Source of the DNA: Chrysomallon squamiferum
Lineage: Eukaryota > Animalia > Mollusca
Direction: 5' to 3'
Assembly: GCA_012295275.1 (NCBI GenBank)
Contig: CM022665.1
Coordinates: forward strand, 17,546,001-17,610,000
DNA: 64,000 nucleotides
Of this stretch, positions 40,211 through 52,200 are shown in pieces (position 1 is the first letter of the stretch; every line of letters starts with the position of its first letter). A model generated the notes under the pieces. The model saw nothing but the letters and a program-made list of their open reading frames with translations. It made no database searches and had not been told where the DNA came from. The translations under genes were made by a program, and so were the position numbers.

Positions 40211-43200
40211 TAATCATTATTTCCATACCCTGAAATATATATTTAGATAGATAGATATATTTATATATATATCTAATCTTAAAGACAAAATTGAGAAAAA
40301 AAATACTGTTTAAAATAATAAATGTTAAATCTTAGAGAAAATATTATTTCTGGATTGTTTTTAGGTTCACAAAAGAAATAATATCATAGTCAAGTAAAAT
40401 AAATTAAATAAAAAATCACCTTCAGGGACCATTGATGGTTTGATACATATTTAAAGTTGTTCTTTTGTCCAAGCCATTCCAAAGCTATCATTTCTAGATA
40501 TTGCACTAAACTATCTGCTTCATTTTTCTGTTCAGATGACAATTCTGCTTGATTCTTAACAATATGTTCTTGAAGAAGTTTCAAGCCATCAACCACAGAC
40601 AAACAAACTGACATGATAGACATAACCAGTTCATCATTAGTGGTGCCTGAAATATTCTCTTTAACAATGTCAGTTACAATGGCTCTGGAAATGTTCAGCT
40701 CTTCATTTAACTTGTCTCTGAAATATAATAAAAATAAAGTATTTAATATATACACTTCCATGTGTCTTTTAAGAAAAACATTCAACTGAAATATCATCTA
40801 CTAAATTACAGAATATTATTATTTTAAAATGTTTCTGAATTATAACTTACAAATGTCTAAGTAAATTCTTTTATATTTGTTAATTTATGAATTATAATAC
40901 ATGCTTTTTACTATGCCACCACAAAAACAAATTTTAAATATACAACACTATTTATTTTATTCAATACATAGAAAGCACTCATTTGTATTTAAAAAATAAC
41001 CTCATTTAATATTTATAAAACTGATATCCAATTAAGTTTCACAAATCATGAATAAATATGCAATCCTTTTTCTAAACTATTTTTAAAACTGGATATGACA
41101 TAGTATGATTAGATGAACAGGTTATATCAACAAAAATTGTCTGTTCCAAATATTGCAAATTATGGGAAAGTTTCTTGTATATTTCCAATATATCTGTTCA
41201 TCCCAAAGATGTTTGAAAAGGATCAATTTCTGGAATATTAGAATCCTAATTATAATATTCATTGGATTCTTTTTTGCTTAAGAAAAGAACTGTTATTACC
41301 AATATAAGTAGGACTTCAAAAATACAAGTGTATGATGTACAAATGGCAAAAATACCAGTGGTGAGATTTTGTCTCTAAATTGCTATTCAAATAATGAATA
41401 GCTATGGAAACAATAAATAAATTTTGTTACTTACACTGAACTGACAATTGCTTTCTCAATCCTTTCATTAAATTGTGAAGCACAAAGTTTAAACAGTTTT
41501 ATGAACAACTGAAATAAAAAGCAAATAGTCTATGATATAATAATTGCAACAATTACAAAATCTTAAAGAGCAACAATAAATGCTTTTTTCTCTAATTTTT
41601 TTTTATCTGTATGGAAAAAAACAATATTTACGTCTCCATTTTTAATCATTTTAAAAGTATCAGCTGTTAACAATTGTTTTTCTGAATTGTTCCTTTGAAA
41701 AACTCTGGTCAAGTGTGCTCATGATGTCATCATAAATGCTATTTACACTTAGTATAATAATGTATAAATAAATAAATAAACTGCAGGAAAATTTCTGTAT
41801 GGTTTCTTTATAACAAACAATAGTTTCAATCTATTTTATTTGTTTGCATTTCAGATGTTGAAGAAAATGCATCATGAATGCTTCCTTTTCAGTTTGAGTC
41901 AATATATGAAAGAAATAATCTATTGACACAAATGGCCTTACATCCAACTGAAGATTATATGAGTAAAATCCAACTCACAAAAAACTACTCACAACCTTCA
42001 ACAGTTAGTCAGATACATTTTAAACTGATCTTACTGGCAGTTACAAAGACAGTGGATACTGTCAGCTAATTAATGTTTTTTTCTTATGGATCCACTGAGC
42101 ACACACAAACAGAATAACAGAAATGTCATTATTTGTAGAAATATGCAATAAACTTTCAGTCCACAGAAATGCAAAATGATACAGATTTAAATAAGATTTT
42201 ACAAAGGTAACAAATATTAAAAGTAAAATGTTAATCACCTCCAAATCTGTTCTATTCATGTAACGACCACGGAATGATAAAAGGTGAAAGAACAAACACG
42301 CTGCAACAACATGTGGGGGTATTTCTCCTGGTCGTATTGCACTCTCAAGCTGTCCCAGTGAAAGTGAGGCCATTATGCTTCTTGGTAAAAGGTAGTCAAT
42401 CTCAAACAACATATGTAAATCTTCTATAACATTTTGTACAGGACTGAAAAATAAAATAATTATTATAATTAATAATGTTCATTTTTTCATTCCAATTCTC
42501 TAAATAACATCAGTCTTACACTACTCCTGTTTACAGTACTGTCATCAGCAGTACTGAATTTACTACCATTAGTTCATTCAAGTGCTGTTTAACCATGCAA
42601 AATGTAACATATTTCAAAAAAAATCCCTCTTAGTTATTATTTCAGGCCTCAAAACTGATTTCATCCTACAGGAGAAAATTCTTGTTCACTAGACTATGGA
42701 TTGTTCCAGCCTTTGACGTGGTTTCCTGCTGCAAGTTATACAACCTTCAGTTTTGATACCACTTCATTTGGCCATTTATTTGTTCATACATTCATTAAAC
42801 AACATAGGAAAACAAAATCAACCAAACAAAAAAAATAAAATAAAGAATATTAATTTCGTAATGTATTATTTATTTTTTATGTTTTATAATTTACTTTGAA
42901 GGCAAAGTATTATTAAGATGAGTTAAAAAACAAACAAAACAAAAAAAAAGCAACAAATTGACAAGGGATATGTTTGGAGATCTTACAATCTGATAATGTC
43001 TGGTGACTGTTTGTATTGCATCTTACTGAATTATCTTTAATTCATTTTTCAGCACTGGTCCAGTGTTGACAAAATATCAGGAATTGTTAAGATTTCAGTT
43101 TATCTAGTCCGTTTAGATTTAAACTGTATTGGTAAATAAACTGATCTTATCTTTATATAATGTGTAAGACACATTTATCATTTAAATTTAAAATTACTCT

Positions 43201-46200
43201 CAAAACTGTTAAACATAAATCAATATTACTTGCACCCACCTGCAGTTATCAATGTGTTTCTAAGAATAAGTAGGTCAAATTTCAGTAAACAAAGAGATGT
43301 ATTGCCCATTTTGGAGTAAGTATTTATTATTATTTAATGTTATTGTTGTTGTTGTTGTTATTTTTTAATTATATCTAGTTTTTAATAATAGAAAACAAAT
43401 CTTAATGTTTATTCTAAATATCCTCAAAACTGATGACATAATTTAGAACTTCTATTTCAAATAACAGTGTTTTTTTCTAAATTGATTCCTTTTCACTATA
43501 ATTTGGTATTAATATGAATATCTAGTCAATTTAAATAATTTAAATCAGTTTACAATGAATATTTATCAAAATTGGCAACAGAAAAATAAAATAATACAGA
43601 ATAACCAGACTGAAATAGGAAAATGTCAGAAAAGGATAAAGGTTTTTGATTTACTTATTTTTACAAAATTTTTTTATAATAAATTTAGAAACAGTAATTG
43701 AGAAAAAAAGAACAGAATTAGAAACATACATAGTCCAATTGCAAGGATTCCAGTATCTGTTAAAAACCCATTTCATGTCTTCTTTTACTTTTTCAAATCC
43801 ATCAGTTCCCCACCATTTAGGGTTACGATGTTCAGAACACTGTGATGTTTTGAAAGGTTCTGAATCACCACGAAGAAAATGAATCAGTGATAGACAATAA
43901 AACCAAGATGAGTCATTTTCTGCATTCTTAGAACGTCCTCTGACCATTTCTTCCAGTTTCTTGCAGATTAAACTGTAAATAATATGTGTTGTATTTAATA
44001 TAAATATTATTATTACTATTATTATTATTTTATTATTTATATAGTTTTTTACTGATCAAATATTTATGTCTTTTTCCCTTGGAGAATTTTTGTGTAAATA
44101 AACTTTGGACTTATGTTTAATTTTTAAAAAACTTTGGAATATTTTTATTAAATCAAATATTTATGTGTCTTTATGTTGGAGATTAAACTGTAAATAAGTA
44201 AAATGCATACTGATGAACATGTCTTTGAAAACACTAAAGGTAAATATTTTTAAAAAATACAATTTTTGTATATGCAGTAATACCCTGACTTTACATCATT
44301 TTGGCATATGTCAAATTTGCCTTTCTACAGAAAATTTCATTTCAGTGAGTGTCATTATATCCAACATTATATCACTCACCAATGTAACCTAAGTCTTAAT
44401 AAAAGGATGTGAAATAAAAAAAAAAAAATTCTTAAAGATATTTATAAAATAAATAAAATAAAGATTTATGAAACTAAACAGCACCATTTAAAATAAAATA
44501 AAAACACATTAAAAACATAAAAATATGTTATATAATATTTACATCTCCCAGGACCCAACATGCAGAAGAGGCACCACATTTAATGTAAATAACATAATTT
44601 TATTAACTGTAGTTATTATTCTTTAGATTAAGACTAAAATATTTGTTAGATTATTTAATTCTTTAACAACAGTTATATTCTTCTTCATATTGCTGACACT
44701 TATTGTGAGGTGTCTGTCTCATTTTCAAGATAAATGTAATTATTCTTTAAAAATATGTTTTTAGAGTTCTTTATGGTTTAGCTTCAGTTATATTCTTTTG
44801 AGAGTTATTTGCATTAATTTTATGATAACTGACATTATTTTAAGGCATATTTAAGACAACACAACCAGTTTACATTAAAAACAGATTACATCACCAATTT
44901 TGGAACCAATGAATGACGAAGAATGGAGTATGACTGTATGTATTTATTTATTTTGGCATTTCATGATCAAAATAGTTATATACTGTAAATAACTGGGTAG
45001 TAAGAGATTAGTATTTTTCCTATCTTTGAAAGCATTTAGCATCATATATCAACTGCAGCAATATATGCTAACTGTATGTATCAGCAAGCTACCAACACCA
45101 TCAGGCCAAACTTAACGAATCCATTAAGAACTGCACATGTATATTTTATATTGATTTTTATTTTATTTATTTTATTTTTATTTAGTCCTTTTATTTTTAC
45201 TGTTTTGAGAAGAATGTGACTCTCATGCCATTGGATTAACTGTGAGGAATACCTGGTGGACTGTCAATAGGAATAATAGCTCACATATATTCTGTGGGAT
45301 ATATCTGATGCAACATCAAGAAAGTCAATTTTCACATTCACTCTATCCTTTGAGTAATATTTATAATCTGTTATTCATGTTTTCTAAGAAATATTAAATC
45401 AGTTAACTATGGGTGTTTACATTACAACAGAAAATCCTTTCTATTCTGTACTCACCTGAGACTGAAAACCTAATACTGGGCTTGTGGTTATAATGATTTT
45501 TTATTAGCCAAATGAAAACAAATGGTTACACATGGAACCTCTTAAATACAATTTAAATACCACATAAATGGAATCTGACAAAATACAACAGATTTCATAT
45601 TATATAAAAGAAAATAATAATTTCATATATATGAAAACACAAGTAAAAATTAATATAAACCATGATAATTTACCTTCTTCAGTAGAGAAATGGAATATAT
45701 ATGAAGAAAAATCATCAAAAAGAGAATATTACATTCTTTTTATGTTTATCATTAAACTTACTCCTGTGTTTTCTTCTCTGGGAAGTTCCTTTTCATAAGA
45801 TCATAGTTTGTACAACATTCCTTTTCAAAATCTGGTTTGAGTAACAATCCTTGAAAGAAGTTTCCTGCCCTGTCATCATATTTTGACATTTCAAGGTTGT
45901 TTTCTTTCACCAACACTAAAATAAACACTGCAACTGATAAAGCATGTTCAGATATTCCACTATTTTTTTTATTGTTGATGCACTGTCTCAGCTCCTCATA
46001 TAAGGGCAAAACGATCAAGTCAAAACACTGAAAATATAATAAAATATTAACATTTTTTATCTTTTAAAAACATTTATCTGGAATAAAAATGCAGTTATGC
46101 AAAATATCTAATCTTAAGTTAAATATTTTTCAGAACTGAAAAGAGGCTGCAAAATAAAGTTCAGTGTTCTCTGTTTTTCAGTCAGTAAATAATAAATATA

Positions 46201-49200
46201 TTATAACTTTATAACTTTGAAACATTCTTATTGTCTTTTATGAATGGAAAAGTTATCAATTATATTATGCACAATTGTATATTTTTTACACACTGCCAAT
46301 GGAAAGAAGCATAAAGTCAGTCAGTATTTACAATTATCAAAAATATTTATGTTGTATGGTATGTATTAATCAAACAAATGAACAGAATTAATTAAAGTGC
46401 ATACTTCAGAGAAAAAGTCAGGGTCAGAAATCCCATCTCTGTCTATTATTTGAATCTTTAGACATGACATTACACAGAAAATTCTGCTCAGAAAGTCTTC
46501 AGCTTGACCATCTTCTTTCTTAAGACTCTGAATAATTTCACCAGCTGATGGTAAAAAGTGTTCTGCTGCATTTCTTGTGTCATTTTTTACTTTTGTATTT
46601 ATATTCTTGAAAATACTTTTAGAACTTTATTCCACCAGCTTTCCTTTGGTTTTGGATGGTAAACAAACCCATCATACTGGTTCCACACATCTACAACAAA
46701 AATGTCAGGTTTCACTATTGAAGAGTTCTATCTGTTATTTAATTAAACAAGAATTTCAATATAAATTTAAAAAAAATTCATAAATAAATATTAGACCAAA
46801 TGCACTTGTTCAACAGATCCTTTACATATATTTTCATTACTGGAGTTTATAAAACAGTTATGGAGCACTGGCTGAGACATGAAATAGCTAATGTGGGCAC
46901 TGGAAAAGACTGATGCAGTGACCTGATATTAACTGAGGCAGAAAATATTACTACAAAGTAAAAGCAAAAAAAAAAAAGGAAAAAAGGGATTTTTGAGGAA
47001 AAACTGTAACCAGCTGCATACATTAAAGCAAAATAAATTTTAAATTTTAAGAAATGAAAAAGACCATATAATTTAAATGTATGTGTTTAATATTAACAAC
47101 AGTTAATATCTATATAATTTACTTTATTATCTTAAGCTATGAGTAAATGATTTTATAATTTTATTTCTAGTTGTCTAAGGCTGTCATTTTGGGGATGGAA
47201 TGTGATATTACAAAGAAACCCCTTAGTTGATTTTAAATTAGCACTTGAAACTTCACATACATATTAATAGAAAACATTAGATAACAAATTCAAGCACTAC
47301 TTTCTCATTTTAATCACATACAAATGAGGTTTTTCCATTTACAACAGGCAATTTACAGTTTGTTTTAATGTGAGTTTAACTCATATATATTTAATTAATA
47401 AACTGAAGATTAATAAAAAAATATTAATATAATAATGAATTCTGGAAATTTAATATAATTTTATACTAATGAATTAAACTGTTAAAAGAAAAATGCATAA
47501 TAAGGTATGGGGTGAAAGAATATAATTATGATAAATGAACAACTACAAGGTTGCAATATTATTCAACTACAGATTGATGAGATGTTCATCAGCCACATTG
47601 AATGTGTGCTAATGATTTAATGTTGATAAGCACTTCTTTGTTTTGTTTTGATATATATTCTTTCTTATGACTAAACCAAATTCATTCACAGTTGCTGGAT
47701 GAAACTCTTCAACATAGCTGAAACTGCTGTGAATCATGATCCTAATGAAGAAAACATATTAGTGCACTAATCATATGATATTTGCTGTGCATTTAGTTGT
47801 AAACTTTTAATCAAAGTTGAATGGGATAATAAAATCAATTCAAAATGTCAAGGCATATCAAAAATGCCGTTCAGTTTCCCCAGGTTGCCCTATGTACAAA
47901 GAATCTATATTTATGTATGATCAAAATAACTCTATGAACACGTTATTTTGGTTTTACTGCTAAACACACATACATGTATAGCATATTTTTATTTTAGTTT
48001 GTGATGTGATGGCAATACAGTTAAATATCTAATGTGCAGAAGAATATTAATATGAGAACAAATATGTATATGTACATGTCTATGATTTATGCAGTATTTT
48101 TGGATTTTTACAATCATTTAAGTTAAAAGTATTAAAATTTTTTACCATCAACACTGAATGATTTTACTATTAATAACTATAACTGTTTATTGTATATAAC
48201 TGAATTATATTTCATTTAATAATTCTATATATTTTAAAAAGTGAAACTGCTCATTTATATCTGATTTTACTGTATATTGGTTACTGTTGTTGTTTTGAGT
48301 TTTTACCATTATAAATATAAAGAAAAATGTTCTTTTAAATATTTATCTTTTATATTTATTTAAATGATCTTGAACTGACTAAAATACCTGATGATGTTTT
48401 CCAGTTCTTTGGTAATATGAATTTTCGATTTGGGTTATCATTCCAGTTCTCTTCTTCATAAAGTGAACTTCTTCAAAGTCTGTGCAGTTGTTTTTTACAA
48501 AGACATATTTGTATTCAAATCCATCATTGCGAAGTTGCTTTGACATATGTACCGAAAAACTGTATTCATAGTAGTCTTTAGTCTCCCTGCAAAAACAAGG
48601 CAAGAAAATTTGTTTTTAAAATGTTGTTTTAAAATCAAACAATATGCAAATATAAAAATTTCATGTCATAGGCAAATTCAAATTCTATTATCATGTATTT
48701 ATAAATTTAAAAAAATACTCACAAATTAAAAAGAATATATAATGTATAATTTAAAATAAATAAAATATTTAAATATCTTTAACTTAATTTATCTAGGAAC
48801 ATTGTGAAACACCATAATGAACAAAATGTTTTGAGTTAAAATATATTAAAAGCAAGTGTCCAAATATTAAATTTCATGTAAAAATACAAATGATATTGTA
48901 GTATAAAATGAAAGCTAATTTTTTTTTTTCTGAATCGCTTTTATTTTAATAAATGAAACCAAATTATGGCTAGAATTTACACATATTTTGATACATTTCA
49001 ATATCTTCATAAAAATATTTTTAAAATGTTTACCTTAATTTTCCAATCCACTTTATAGGTTTCCAATGACCTAGTTCAACTGCAGAGAAAGCCAGATATA
49101 TATCCTCCTCATCTGGATTATGATCAGTAGTATCTGATATTAGCACTTGAAAAATAACTTCGACTCCATCTGAACATGATCTGATATTTCAGAAAGCACC

Positions 49201-52200
49201 AAAAAAAAATAGTGGTGAGAAAGTAATGTTATTTTCATTTAATTCTTTAAAGTTTCATGATTGTTTATTCATTATAGTCATTTAGTTTTATAAACAAAAA
49301 ATTATATTTTAAAACATATAGCTAAATAATTACTGCTATACAAAATATTGAATATATAGACAATTAGTTAAAATGAGTTAAGACAGTAAATTTAAAGGTA
49401 ATGCAATCTGAGAAAATGATGTTGTAAATGCTTGCATTATTAATATTAAATGGTTTATAAAAATAATAACAACATGCAATTATTCTAACATAAATGTATT
49501 CAGTTAATAATTTAATTTATTATTATTAAATTTGAAGGAAAAAAAAAAAAAACAATAATATAAAATCTAATTTTATAGTAGTATTATAACAATCATTAAC
49601 TGAAAATGTACAAGCAATCATATTATGAAAAATGTGTTGTACAACCTGAATAATAAACACTAATTATAAAAAATACCTCACAGAATTAGCCTCTGTTTTG
49701 CAGGTTTGGTTTCTTCAGTTGCTGTTTTCTGAAACCAGAGTTAAATCCCATCATCATAACAAAATTCCATTTCATGTCAACAACAACAAAAAATAATATT
49801 TTTAAACGATAAAGAAGAATGAGGAAAAAAATTATTTCATCTTTTTAATCATTTAATAAGTAAATACTGTTGACCCTTGATTTCACAAACCTGTTTTCCA
49901 GATTTGGGGACATCTGGACCAAATCTTAGAAAATCACAAAATTTGAACTTACACCTATTTCCCACTTGAAACCTTATGTCTTAAGTTATTCTGTGTCCCA
50001 CTGTATGATTACAGCAACCCTTGCTTAGCCAACTTTCCATCAAAGTAACAGTACATTTTACAACCATACCCATAACCATCCTAACAAACTTCACTGAATC
50101 TACTGTATATTTTTCTTTAAATATACTATATGACATTTGTCTACATTGTTTTTATGTCTCCATATTGTCATTATATTATAATAGTACTTATAATATAGCT
50201 GTTATATCTACTAAAATTTGATGTTTCAGTAAATATTATGTTAATTTTTGCATTCAAGATTTCCCAGATTTTTCCATTTTCTGAACTGGTATTCTCCCCT
50301 CCTGGTCCATGAATTTGAGGATTAACAGAAACATTTTACGGTTACTACATAAAAAATATACTGGCAGACACTGAAGTAACACTGTTTAGACTATCTATTT
50401 GAATAGGAGTTTGTTTTAACAGATAAAATATTATTTTACAAATATTTTACTTTTTAAATAAAATAATATAGTAATCCTCTTTAATTTTTAACATTTCTGA
50501 AAAATAAAATTTTAAAAAATCATTAGTGTATGGAATATATTTGTTTTCCTTTTCCAATTTTAAAGTTATATAAATGTTCATAAGACTGCAACTAACAACC
50601 TTAATTCAAATATTTTTTTTTATCAACCTTTTTCTTTTTTTTTTTTTTTTTGTTGTTGTTGTTGTTTTTACTGGGGGTTTTCTTCTAAATGTGCTAATCT
50701 ACAATTTCATATATACTATACATGGCATTAACTACAAAAACACTTAATCACCGAGCAGAGCAGGGCAAAAAAGTTTGTACGAGAGGTCTGGGGGCTTTCA
50801 AATGATAATCATAAGCATAAACAAATTCATTGAATGGATAGCGTTTCTATCAGAATTTATATTTATATTTTATATTATATATTTTTTAAATAAAATCTTT
50901 GTATAAAAATTTAAAAAATCATCAGTTTTGGTATGAGGTATTGCCTCATTTGCAGTCATGCTATAATGAGCTTGATTTGTAAATGAAGGTAAAGGTGCAA
51001 ATAATATAATAAAAGTTTTAAAAATAATAATAATTACTAATCACAGAAATTGAAAAATGTCCTGTCATCTTAAAATATGTTTTAAATTTCTTTAATGTTG
51101 ATTAATGCCAATAAATAAAAACATCCACAATAATTTTGTTTAATATTAATCAATTTTTTGAAAAAAAAAAAACATTTGAAACGTATTTCCGTTATTTGTT
51201 CAGCTATGCTTAACCTAAGAATATAATATGTTTATAATACAAATAATACAATTGTAATGTAACATGTTTTTGTTGTAAATTTATTTGATTATGTTTGAAA
51301 TAATGGAATGTAATACACTCATGTTTTCAATAGGATTTTTGGAATTCTGATATTTTTAACTATTAGTTTTCAGTTTTCTGTCCTTACATAAATCATAATC
51401 TAATTAATTTCTGAAAAATATAAATTAACCAAGTATTTTTAAAATTTATTTTTATGATTTTTATTAATGTTATATGTAAATAACAGCATATTTTAAAAGT
51501 CTAGCTGTCTCCAGAGATGTCTTATCCATTTATATATTATCTGTTTCAGTTTAAGGAGATCTATGAAAATGTTTGAAAATTCAAAAGTAAGCTAAATATG
51601 TATTTTATTTGTCAGAGAGCTTACTTGCAATGTTTGAGCTGTTTTTGTAGTTTTCTTCTTCTTTTTGTGGTGTGGATCAAATTCTTTATAAGTAGGATTT
51701 TTTTTTTTTTTCTTCTGGTTTGTCAACACTAGTTCCTTCAGCTCCATCTTTATCATCTGCAGACTTGTGGTTATCTGACTTATCTTGATTTTGCCCAATC
51801 TTGATAACCTTTTCTTTAACAGATAACTTCCCATTACCAAAAACCATTTGAGAATCCTTTGAAGCTTTATTTTCTTCTGTAACCTCAGATATAATATTAT
51901 TTATCTTAGGTGGGTAAGAAATATCAGAGGATGTATTTGGATCAGAATGTTTTTGTTGCATTTTTCTGCTTTCATTTCCATTTTGTTTTTTAGATTTTTT
52001 CTTTTTCTTCTTTTTTTTCTTAGGCTTCCTTTTGGTAATTGCTTTTTCTGGAGTTATATTTTCTTCAGTTTCTTGAGATTCTAGTGAATCTTGCTCACTG
52101 TCAGTTGCATCAAATTCACTCTCAACTACTGATTAAAAATAAACTGGCTCATTAAAAACACACATCAATGCAAAGTTTTTACATGTTTTTTTACCTCAGA

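Noticed and set aside
39945-40226. YI-repeat ORF
   Set aside because: It is a translation of (AT)n microsatellites.
41632-41747. Possible extra RNF213 exon between 42239 and 41508
   Set aside because: The frame ending at the GTAAAT donor contains a TGA, and the flanking exons already join in phase 0. It cannot be fully excluded if another indel is present.
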